From positions 1 to 18,246 of the forward strand of contig JBHLOI010000064.1 of NCBI GenBank assembly GCA_048940645.1: a stretch of 18,246 nt of DNA, given 5' to 3'. Positions 1-8,145 of the stretch are shown here, piece after piece. The DNA comes from Promethearchaeota archaeon. Lineage in GTDB: Archaea; Asgardarchaeota; Lokiarchaeia; Sigyniarchaeales; SOKP01. A model generated the notes under the pieces. The model made no database searches, was not told the DNA's origin, and worked only from the letters and a program-made list of their open reading frames with translations. Position 1 is the first letter of the stretch, and every line of letters begins with the position of its first letter. The position numbers and the translations under genes were made by a program.

Positions 1-2
1 GA

Positions 3-65
3 GAAGAGATCGAAAAATATGTCTCTAACTCTATGAATAAATTAGATAAGGCACTGAAAAGTTAA
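3..65 (+). CDS. 3' end of a gene entering from the left edge (partial)
   Basis: The frame starting at nt 3 reads EEIEKYVSNSMNKLDKALKS to TAA at 63-65. It has a helix-like composition and converges on the ACAD gene. Too short to assign a function. Confidence 0.5.
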   Translation, partial: EEIEKYVSNSMNKLDKALKS

Positions 66-116
66 ATATTTTTAATAAAGTAAAAAATAAAAAAGATAAT
101 TTTCTTAAAATTAACA

Positions 117-1388
117 CTATAAAAGTCTTAAGAATCTTTGAATCTGAGACTGAATTAGAAGTAATTGAATATTTCTTGCGCCACCAATAACTTCTTCTAT
201 TTTACTTACATCCATTAACTCATCTACGGGTGTGTTATCTGTAACGGAAACACCACCCATATGTTGTTGTACTTCATAGCAAATATCATGTGTTAACTTT
301 GCAGTATAATATTTACCTTGAGATGAGATAGCTGCAACCCATTTCTCAGCTTCTTTTGAAGGTTTCTCCGCAAAAAGGATTTTATCATCATAAATTGTGG
401 CCGCTTGAAGTGCTAAACTTGTTGCTGCAGTAGATTTAGCCAGTAAATCTGCAAGACCATAACCAACACCTTGATATCTTATAACAGGTTTTCCAAATTG
501 TTCCCTTAAGTTTGTATAAATAATTCCATAGATTAGTCCAGACCAACAGATGCCAATACCGCTTCCCATAATCCCTAAACGCTCTGGGACCAAGCCTTCA
601 AACAACCTCACATACCCTAACCCATCATCTGCTAATACATATTCCTTTGGAATTTTTACATTATCCAAAATAGTGTGAGCAATATGTACTCGAGGAACTG
701 AATTAATTTTCAAGCGTTCAGTTTGCACCCCAAATTCACGTTTTATCATGGCTTGAACCATTGTATCTCTTGGTTGAGCCTCATCGTAAACTCCATAACA
801 ACAAAAATAATCTGCTTTAGGTCCATTTGTGGTATAAACTTTTTCACCGTTATAAATGACCCCATCATCAGTTTTGGTGCATATCGTAGTCATATTTACC
901 GCATCAGAACCTCTTGTAGGTTCGGTAATTCCAATACATCCAATCTTTTGACCAGACATTAACTCATCTTGGACTTTTTGTATAGTATCTCCTGTGCCTC
1001 CATGTTGATAATAATGAAAAGTAGGATTACCACATAAAATTCCACTTGCTAGTCTGGCAAGTTCGAGCTGAGCATCTAAAAGAGAAAGATGTGTTCCTAG
1101 CAAAATTTCCTTCTTCATCCCGTAGGGTGTAAAGTCTTTCCATTTGTTTATACGTTGTAAATAACCATGTTTTCCTAACTCAGGAAATAATTCATACACA
1201 TCTTTGGATTTATCTATTTTTGGATGGAGTTCTAAACAAAAATTTTGGAGCTCTCTACAGTATTCTTTTTCCTCCTCATTTAACATTGGAAACACGTTGT
1301 CATTAAAAATTTTAAATACATTATCCAATGTCATTTTTTCATGGATTTTATCATCAATTATTTTCTCTTGCATTTTCATTTTCGTCAA
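117..1388 (-). CDS. Acyl-CoA dehydrogenase family protein (IVD/LCAD-type placement of the catalytic Glu)
   Basis: Motifs: IGCIGITEPTRGSD (FAD binding), NGEKVYTTNG, GLVPERL, REQFGKPV..YQGV, QHMGGVS and EVIGGARNIQ. The true start may be a downstream ATG (1379 or 1373) rather than the TTG at 1388. Confidence 0.93.
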   Translation of the reverse strand: MTKMKMQEKIIDDKIHEKMTLDNVFKIFNDNVFPMLNEEEKEYCRELQNFCLELHPKIDKSKDVYELFPELGKHGYLQRINKWKDFTPYGMKKEILLGTHLSLLDAQLELARLASGILCGNPTFHYYQHGGTGDTIQKVQDELMSGQKIGCIGITEPTRGSDAVNMTTICTKTDDGVIYNGEKVYTTNGPKADYFCCYGVYDEAQPRDTMVQAMIKREFGVQTERLKINSVPRVHIAHTILDNVKIPKEYVLADDGLGYVRLFEGLVPERLGIMGSGIGICWSGLIYGIIYTNLREQFGKPVIRYQGVGYGLADLLAKSTAATSLALQAATIYDDKILFAEKPSKEAEKWVAAISSQGKYYTAKLTHDICYEVQQHMGGVSVTDNTPVDELMDVSKIEEVIGGARNIQLLLIQSQIQRFLRLL

Positions 1389-1507
1389 CTTTAACTAAAA
1401 ATAGTGATTTTGAAAGATTTTATATTAATTAGTCTAAATTATTTATTGCAATTAAAGTTTAAATAAAAAGTAGAGAATTCAAAGAGTTAATCTTTAGATT
1501 TTTAAAT

Positions 1508-3268
1508 CTAAACATAATTCTTTTTTATAAAATTTTGAACTCTTTTAATTTCATCTAAATGAGTTTCTTTTTTAGCAAAAATATAAAAACGTACATCTGG
1601 TCCTGTACCGCTAGGTCTGAAATAAAGGGTAGAATCATTACTTTTAAGCTGATATATATCAATTTGATTATTGTTATCAGACAAAGCTTGTACACTGTAA
1701 TCTTTTCCTTCAATTGTAATCATTTTTCCATCGTACTTCTTAAAGCTATTCATAATTTTAATTTTTTCCTCATCAATGGCATGAAATGTCCGGTTTATTC
1801 CTTTTAATGACCAATCAATTGATTCAGAAATGACATAACCTCTACATATGAGTTCTGCTATTAACACCAAAGCTGGAACAGGATACTTATCTGCTATAAT
1901 AGTAAAATCTGTAGTAAAATTGTATTCGCTGGTCTCATTATTTTTTGAAACATTTAAAATATTTAGAGTGTGCCCTCCACTTTCTTCCCAATATACCATT
2001 AAAAAGGACTCTTTTTCTATTTTTTGAGTTTCCATCAAATGAACGATTTGTTGCCTAAGAGGGGTTGGATTATTTATTTTTATTAAATTTTTGTTATCAT
2101 CTTCGAAATAAAGAATTGCGGTATCAATTTTTGATCGATCTACTTCTATTCCAGTAAGAAAATACAGAATAATTCCCAGATGTTTATAACCAACACCAGT
2201 TAAGATATTTAAAAAGCTAGAGTCATCTCCTCTTAAATCACTTGGAATAGTTCGGACGTTTATAATTTTTTTATTATATTCCTTTGCTAATATATTGTGC
2301 ATTGCTGAATAAATCTCATTTGGAATATAAAAGAAGAACTTTCCATTTTGTTTAACATACAAAGCGATTCTATCTCTATCAGCATCTAATAACAATACTA
2401 AATTTGAATTGACTTGGTTCATTATTTGTTGTAGTTTTAATTCGCGAATTTCTTTTAGTGGATTCGGTGGATTAATCTCTTCTTCTATTAACGTCACATT
2501 TGCGCCAAGTTGTTTAAATAGGTTAACAATACCTCTGGCTTTACCCAGATATGGCCAAATAACGATATTCTTCCCTTTTAAATTCTTTATTTCTAAAATT
2601 CTTGATAAGAGTTTAATGGTATAATCATTATTTACTTGTTCAGCATCAACTTGTATGGGGCTATATTTGGATTTAAGGTAAATTTCATTAACCTTTAATG
2701 CCTGCTTTGAGATTTCTTTGAATAAATCACCTGACATTGGAATTGGATAATCAATGTAAAATTTAATTCCATTCCAAGAGAAATCATTGTGAGATGCGGT
2801 TAAAACGATTATTAAATTAATATTTTCTAATAATGCGACTGAGGCGGCACCATAAGGTGATGATAACCTCGATTCTTTAGGATCATCTTTTTGATAAAAT
2901 ATCTCATAACCGTCGTATGCAAATATTTGAGAAGTATAATCTAGTAAAATATTTCTGCTAGGGCGATCATCCGTAACAATTAAAATTTTTAAATTTTGAG
3001 CTTTTTTCATTTCTTTAAATACTTGACTAATTGCTTTAAAGACTCTTAGAAACAAAAATAATTTATGTTTAGTTAAAACATACCTTTTATTACCATTTTC
3101 TTCTATTATATCAAGAATTTGAATTCTTAAGCCAGAAGTTGGAGCAACAAGAGGATCAATTAAATTTGTTTCTTTATCACTTAATTCTGGTAATTTTAAA
3201 ATGCTAAAATCCTCATGGGTTTCAATCTCAATATCTTCAATCTCAAATTTAAGCAATTTCATAACCAT
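1508..3268 (-). CDS. Alpha-D-phosphohexomutase superfamily protein (PMM/PGM/GlmM-like), divergent
   Basis: Motifs: PTSGLR, DDRPS, phosphoserine loop LTASHN..WNGIKF, metal loop DADRDR, GVGYK, sugar-binding WEESGG and phosphate-binding RPSGT. Confidence 0.9.
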   Translation of the reverse strand: MVMKLLKFEIEDIEIETHEDFSILKLPELSDKETNLIDPLVAPTSGLRIQILDIIEENGNKRYVLTKHKLFLFLRVFKAISQVFKEMKKAQNLKILIVTDDRPSRNILLDYTSQIFAYDGYEIFYQKDDPKESRLSSPYGAASVALLENINLIIVLTASHNDFSWNGIKFYIDYPIPMSGDLFKEISKQALKVNEIYLKSKYSPIQVDAEQVNNDYTIKLLSRILEIKNLKGKNIVIWPYLGKARGIVNLFKQLGANVTLIEEEINPPNPLKEIRELKLQQIMNQVNSNLVLLLDADRDRIALYVKQNGKFFFYIPNEIYSAMHNILAKEYNKKIINVRTIPSDLRGDDSSFLNILTGVGYKHLGIILYFLTGIEVDRSKIDTAILYFEDDNKNLIKINNPTPLRQQIVHLMETQKIEKESFLMVYWEESGGHTLNILNVSKNNETSEYNFTTDFTIIADKYPVPALVLIAELICRGYVISESIDWSLKGINRTFHAIDEEKIKIMNSFKKYDGKMITIEGKDYSVQALSDNNNQIDIYQLKSNDSTLYFRPSGTGPDVRFYIFAKKETHLDEIKRVQNFIKKNYV

Positions 3269-3383
3269 TCAAGTAATAAGTTAATATCGAAGAGTATTTA
3301 AAATCTTAAATTTTTTATGGATTTCTTGCTAAACACGTAGAATTAATAAACTAGAGATTTCAAATTCAAAATCTAATATAATT

Positions 3384-4271
3384 TTAGCTTGGAGGATATA
3401 TTTTATTTATGGCGTCCCTTAAAATAGCATGTATTTTTTCTCTATAAACTGGATTGATCGCAATCATCCCATGAACCTTAATTGGGGGGTGTCTATCAGC
3501 TTCCGAAATTATTCTCTCACAAAATTTAGGAGTTAGCCGATTAGGCAAGTCTTGTTTATTTGCTATACCTATCACTAAAGTATTTTTATAATATTTATCC
3601 AAAATATCTCTTATTATTTCTTTACTACGATTAACATTTTCAAAACTAGAATCCAAGACTAGAAGGGCCACATCTGTACTGTCAAGAAGGCTTTTCCATA
3701 AGGATCTAAAATTACTTTGTCCTGCAAAATCCCAGAATACGATAGAGCGATGAATATCATCAAAACCATCATAAGAGGTAATGTCTACATTTATAGTTGG
3801 AACATATTCTAAGTCAATGTCCTTACCACATATAAGATGTAAAAGAGTTGTTTTACCGACTCCACCTATTCCAATAATTGAAACTTTAATCGCTCCAAGG
3901 ATAGTATTGTCTATTTCTCTTTCAAATTCTGTAAAAATAGCGCGATTTCCAGACCAATTACCATTAGAAAGGACAGTACCATATTTCTCTATAAATTTTC
4001 TTCTTATAGTTGTAATTTTTGAATTAATGTTAGCATCATCCTCATCTAAATCCGCACATACTACAATTATTATTTCATCAATAATCGTATAATAATATTT
4101 AAATTCGTCAGTTGCGGTTGATCTAATTTCACTTTGACTTATTTCTTTTATGAACCCAGAAAAAGCACTTAAAAACCCCGCTAAAAGATCTCTATCTACA
4201 TCAGAACTACCATAATTCCTAAAAATAAGGCTCTTGCCATCCCTCGTAAGCAGATGAATGAGTTGGATCAA
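3384..4271 (-). CDS. N-terminal longin-like domain fused to a C-terminal Arf-like small GTPase
   Basis: The first ~125 aa have a longin/sigma-adaptin-like pattern (MIQLIHLLTRDGKSLIFRNY...LLAGFLSAF...IIIVVCAD...F.EKY...F.EF..EID). The G domain has G1 GIGGVGKTT, G2 YVPT, G3 WDFAGQ followed by Arf-like FRSLW, G4 ANKQDLPN and an atypical G5 (MIAI). TTG start. Confidence 0.88.
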   Translation of the reverse strand: MIQLIHLLTRDGKSLIFRNYGSSDVDRDLLAGFLSAFSGFIKEISQSEIRSTATDEFKYYYTIIDEIIIVVCADLDEDDANINSKITTIRRKFIEKYGTVLSNGNWSGNRAIFTEFEREIDNTILGAIKVSIIGIGGVGKTTLLHLICGKDIDLEYVPTINVDITSYDGFDDIHRSIVFWDFAGQSNFRSLWKSLLDSTDVALLVLDSSFENVNRSKEIIRDILDKYYKNTLVIGIANKQDLPNRLTPKFCERIISEADRHPPIKVHGMIAINPVYREKIHAILRDAINKIYPPS

Positions 4272-4409
4272 GTTTTTTACTTAAGAAGTTTTTTATAATT
4301 ATATAATATTAATTAAATAATAACTTAAGATTAAAAATAATTTTTTGTTGATTTCTTTTTTTAACTCCCAGAGAAATTTACTAAATAAAGATTTAATAGA
4401 TGAATCTCG

Positions 4410-5063
4410 ATGACCAACTCAGTAGATCTGAATGAAGAAGATATTTTTAAATTTATAAAAGACACTAATGAGAAATTGACAAAGTTCTCATCTATTCTTG
4501 AAAAATTTGGATTAGATATTATTACGAAAATGGGACAAACGAATCTTAAAGTGAATATGCTAAATGATAAAGTGAATGAATTACATAAAGTTACTCTGGA
4601 TATTAAGAGTTTATCCCCTCAATTGAATAGCATTATTGAAAATCAAAACAACGTAGAAAATGAACTTGACCTAATTAAATCATTAATCACCAATTTACGA
4701 ACAATCTCAGCTCAACCCGAAATAGCAAGTAATGAAATACATAGAGATGAAGCTGCTACTGACCAAAAGGAAACAATAATTGAAAACTTAAATAATTTAA
4801 AGCAGGAGTTGACAACTTTGAATGACCCTCAAGTTGTAAAGGCGACATTGGAAAAAATAAAGGAAGATATATTTGATTTTACAGGAGGACATCGCATTTG
4901 CAACGAAATTTTGAAAGTAACCAATCGTTTAAACACAGCTAAGTCGCTTTCTGTTAAACTAGATCAAAACAACCCTAAATCCGAGACCATTGAAGACCAT
5001 TTAAATGAAAAAATAACTTTCTGGATAAATAAATTAATGGTTAAGGGTAAGAAAGTAGTGTAA
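4410..5063 (+). CDS. Hypothetical protein with an N-terminal coiled coil and a C-terminal helical domain
   Basis: 217-aa ORF with heptad-like L/I/V spacing over about aa 10-97, a polar linker (SAQPEIASNEIH) and a helical C-terminal region (LEKIKEDIFDFTGGHRICNEI...EKITFWINKL). Confidence 0.8.
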   Translation: MTNSVDLNEEDIFKFIKDTNEKLTKFSSILEKFGLDIITKMGQTNLKVNMLNDKVNELHKVTLDIKSLSPQLNSIIENQNNVENELDLIKSLITNLRTISAQPEIASNEIHRDEAATDQKETIIENLNNLKQELTTLNDPQVVKATLEKIKEDIFDFTGGHRICNEILKVTNRLNTAKSLSVKLDQNNPKSETIEDHLNEKITFWINKLMVKGKKVV

Positions 5064-5088
5064 AATATTTTTATAAAATTTTAGATAA

Positions 5089-6354
5089 TTAATATTTTCT
5101 GTAATCGACGCGTGGGAGCTTTTCAATTGGATACGGAAGTGGAGCATCGCTAGGGATAGGATCTATGTAAAATTTCCGGAATTTTTGGAGCTGCATCCTA
5201 CAAACAGAATTTTTATGATCATATGCCGGATGCTGGATCATCTTAAACCAGATTTTCTTTAAAGACTCTTCTCGTATATTACCAAAGGAAAGTGGTGTAA
5301 AATCACAAGGCGCTATCTCTCCATATGCTGATGCATACAATTGAATATTTCCTGCTAAACACCCAATCCCAGCAAGATATGCTTCTAAAGAATTTTGCCA
5401 TGCTTGTGATGAAAGCGGAGGGATTGTTCCTTTTCTAAAATGTTCAGCAGAATAGAGGTGAATTTCTTCACGCTGTTCTGGAGTAAGAATTTCACTTGTA
5501 TTTTTCAACATACTTCCTGTAGGGACTCCATCAAAAAGAATTATATTTTGAGCACCAATTTTCATTCCAAATTCATGTAACTTTTTATACATCTTTCTTT
5601 CAGTATGGGAACGGATTGCGTAAGAAGAAAGACCTACAAGTATTCCTTTTGATTGTGCTTTCTTAAATCCTTCAATAGCACTATTAAAAAGTCCGGGCAT
5701 CCTTCTTAAATTATCATGTTCTTGGGGATCTGGGCTATCAATACTTACAAAAAGAGAATAAAGGCCAGCTTCGGCTAGTTTTTCTACATTTTCATCAGTA
5801 AGATATTGTCCGTTTGTAAACATTATAGGCATTGCCTTTTTCTGGTTCACATGAGAAATAAGTTCGTATATATCTTCCCGAAGTAGAGGTTCTCCTCCGG
5901 TAAAGGCAATTATTGTCACTCCTAATTTTTGTGCATCATCAATAAGTTTTTTCGCTTCTGTTGTAGTGAGCTCTTTTACGTCTTCCTTGAAATTTTTCCC
6001 TGCACTACAATGGACACACTTACATTGACATCTATATGTAACCGCAAAAGTCATAGCTATAGGAAAAGAATAACCGAGTAAAAAGTTTTTTATAAGCCCT
6101 TTTAGTGCACGAAGTTGAACTCTACTTCCAATGGGGGGAGCAAAGGTGTTTGAAACAATCTTACCTTTCCATCTTCCAACTATAGTATTTTTATAAAAGT
6201 TTGACTGGAACATAATCATTAGAAGTATGCTAAGTCTATCAACTATAGGGTTTAAGAGTCCAGTACCGATAACTTGCCCATTTTCAAGTCTTTTGTAACT
6301 TATCATTTTTCTGCCCAGAAACTTCCAAAAAATTTGTTCTCTTGCTATGGACAT
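5089..6354 (-). CDS. Radical SAM protein with a C-terminal SPASM/twitch-type domain
   Basis: CxxxCxxC motif CQCKCVHC, FTGGEPLLR, FTNG and VSIDS...HD..R. Auxiliary-cluster Cys pattern GCLAG...YGEIAPCDF...GNIRE..L..IW...VCR. The substrate cannot be determined. Confidence 0.92.
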   Translation of the reverse strand: MSIAREQIFWKFLGRKMISYKRLENGQVIGTGLLNPIVDRLSILLMIMFQSNFYKNTIVGRWKGKIVSNTFAPPIGSRVQLRALKGLIKNFLLGYSFPIAMTFAVTYRCQCKCVHCSAGKNFKEDVKELTTTEAKKLIDDAQKLGVTIIAFTGGEPLLREDIYELISHVNQKKAMPIMFTNGQYLTDENVEKLAEAGLYSLFVSIDSPDPQEHDNLRRMPGLFNSAIEGFKKAQSKGILVGLSSYAIRSHTERKMYKKLHEFGMKIGAQNIILFDGVPTGSMLKNTSEILTPEQREEIHLYSAEHFRKGTIPPLSSQAWQNSLEAYLAGIGCLAGNIQLYASAYGEIAPCDFTPLSFGNIREESLKKIWFKMIQHPAYDHKNSVCRMQLQKFRKFYIDPIPSDAPLPYPIEKLPRVDYRKY

Positions 6355-6769
6355 TATTATCCTCTAAAAACTCTTTTTATTAATCCTTATTCTTTCAACC
6401 TAATAAATGTTTCTAAATAGTATTTACTACAACTCTGTTATATTTTTCTTTAAAGATTCATCTATACTAATAGTAATTTAATTGAAAAATTAAATATATA
6501 TTAAATTTAACTTAAAAAAATAATTCAAGAAAATATCAAATATGATCTAATTAAAACATTTAATGACTTAAACTCTAACATTATATGAACAAAAAGTAGT
6601 TATTAAAGTATTAATATAAAAATTATTTTGTGTATATATTTAACAATTTCATGAAAAGATGTAGTTAATCTAATAAAAATTTTCGAAAATAAATAGTTAA
6701 ATAAACTAAGCTCTATGATATTATAATTTAAATAATTAAAATCATAAAAGAAATAGTTAATAAAAAGCG

Positions 6770-7327
6770 CTATTTTAACTCTTCCTTGAATTTATATACT
6801 AATTCTGCTATTTTATGGAAGACAAGTTTTACATTATCTCCTGTTAATGCAGAAGTTTCGAAGTACGGAGCATTTAATTTTTCAGAAAGATGTTCTGCCA
6901 TTGGCATAATAATTTTCCGATCGTCCTTTAAATCTATTTTATTACCAATTAAAATACGGGGAATTCCGCTAAGTCCGTATTTCACGGCAGTTGAATACCA
7001 GTTATTAATATTAGAAAAGGTACTTGACCTTGTAATATCAAAAACTAATATCATAGCATCCGCACCGTTAAAATAGGGGCGATGGAGCATATAAAATTGT
7101 GGTTGACCAGCTACATCCCAGAACATTAGGTTTACGACGATTTGCTCTTCCAAGTTTATTACTTCTTTTAAAATATTAACTCCAACAGTGGGAAGATACT
7201 TCTCCTCGAACTTATTTGTGGCAAATTTAGTAAGAAGGCTTGTTTTTCCTACAGCAGGATCTCCGATAACAATTACCTTATAAATGCTCTCAGTTTTGCC
7301 TTGAAACACAATATCACTATTATTCAT
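6770..7327 (-). CDS. Rab/Ras-like small GTPase
   Basis: All five G motifs are present: YKVIVIGDPAVGKTS, YLPTVGV, WDVAGQ, GNKIDL and ETSAL. It also has Rab-like YFNGA and LVFDIT. The protein has no C-terminal Cys. Confidence 0.95.
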   Translation of the reverse strand: MNNSDIVFQGKTESIYKVIVIGDPAVGKTSLLTKFATNKFEEKYLPTVGVNILKEVINLEEQIVVNLMFWDVAGQPQFYMLHRPYFNGADAMILVFDITRSSTFSNINNWYSTAVKYGLSGIPRILIGNKIDLKDDRKIIMPMAEHLSEKLNAPYFETSALTGDNVKLVFHKIAELVYKFKEELK

Positions 7328-7404
7328 AGTTCACTCTTTTTGAGATTAATTTTATTGATTATATTAAATATGTAGTTCAGATTTAAAAATTTTAATGATT
7401 CTTC

Positions 7405-7947
7405 TTAATTTTTAAAGTTTATGACTTTTTTCACTCGAAATAGTGACGTTTTACATTTTTCTCTTGCAATAAAATAGATTTTATTCAATGTAAATTTTAT
7501 TTCATACCACTTAGTTTCAAGTTGCTGAATAATCTTAAGTAATAATTTTTTTCCTTTAATTTGTCCAACGCTTAAATGAGGAGTAAAACCATTTTTATAT
7601 AAATTCAAATCATTACATTCGGGTACTAGCATCTGGATATTCTTTTGAAGATTAATTATTGAATCTTTCGGTTCTGGTGCAATCCATAAAGTAAAATTCT
7701 GGTGACCATGATTAAAATATTCAAATGATTTCAATTTTATTTCAAATGGTTTTATTTCCTTACATACTGCTGAAAATTCTTGTTCTAAAGTATTATATTC
7801 TGATTCTGGACGAAAAGGATATATTAGTGAAATATGGGGCATCCATCGATTAATCTGATGATCATATTGCCTTCGAATTTCTTGTATTGGTTCCCATTTA
7901 TCTTTGGGAGGAATTATTACAGCAGCTGAAGTATGCAGTTTATTCAT
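7405..7947 (-). CDS. 2H phosphoesterase (2'-5' RNA ligase/LigT-like; LENG9-like subtype)
   Basis: Two HxS motifs, RWMPHISLIYPF and FTPHLSVGQ. The N-terminus SAAVIIPP..W.PIQ.IRR.YD is typical of this subtype. The ATG at 7947 (MNKLHTSAAVII) is preferred over the 7989 start in the ORF track. Confidence 0.88.
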   Translation of the reverse strand: MNKLHTSAAVIIPPKDKWEPIQEIRRQYDHQINRWMPHISLIYPFRPESEYNTLEQEFSAVCKEIKPFEIKLKSFEYFNHGHQNFTLWIAPEPKDSIINLQKNIQMLVPECNDLNLYKNGFTPHLSVGQIKGKKLLLKIIQQLETKWYEIKFTLNKIYFIAREKCKTSLFRVKKVINFKN

Positions 7948-7970
7948 ACAACATAGGAAAATAAGTTTGA

Positions 7971-8084
7971 TTATTAATTTTTCGGTCATTTAGCCTAATC
8001 CTATTATCTTCAATATTTGGTCTTTGGGGATTGTTAGGGATATCGTTCTATATTTATTTTTTAAAGAAACGAGTACGTAAATGA
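7971..8084 (+). pseudogene. Start-less remnant encoding a C-terminal transmembrane anchor with a basic tail
   Basis: The open frame after TGA (7968-7970) reads LLIFRSFSLILLSSIFGLWGLLGISFYIYFLKKRVRK to TGA at 8082-8084. There is no ATG; the only alternative start codon is a late internal TTG. Confidence 0.4.
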
Positions 8085-8099
8085 TTTTAAAAAAATTAT

Positions 8100-8119
8100 A
8101 ATCTTATAGTTATAAGATT
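8100..8119. promoter_or_regulatory. Perfect inverted repeat in the 2H/PUA divergent intergenic region
   Basis: AATCTTATA-GT-TATAAGATT has 9-bp arms and lies about 27-46 nt upstream of the PUA start, where an archaeal TATA box would sit. Confidence 0.4.
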
Positions 8120-8145
8120 TTTATTTAATCATTGTTATTTAGTTA

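Noticed and set aside
723-962. 79-aa plus-strand ORF (also 1204-1398)
   Set aside because: Antisense shadow of the acyl-CoA dehydrogenase, with no motif.
1559-2624. Plus-strand ORFs 1559-1807 and 2409-2624
   Set aside because: Antisense to the phosphohexomutase gene, with a composition typical of shadow frames.
3781-4092. 103-aa plus-strand ORF
   Set aside because: Antisense shadow of the longin-GTPase gene.
6355-6769. 415-bp intergenic gap considered as a possible ncRNA, origin or RiPP precursor locus
   Set aside because: Extremely AT-rich, with no GC-rich stems, no ORB-like repeats and no convincing ORF that I could see.
6786-7076. 96-aa plus-strand ORF
   Set aside because: Antisense shadow of the Rab-like GTPase.
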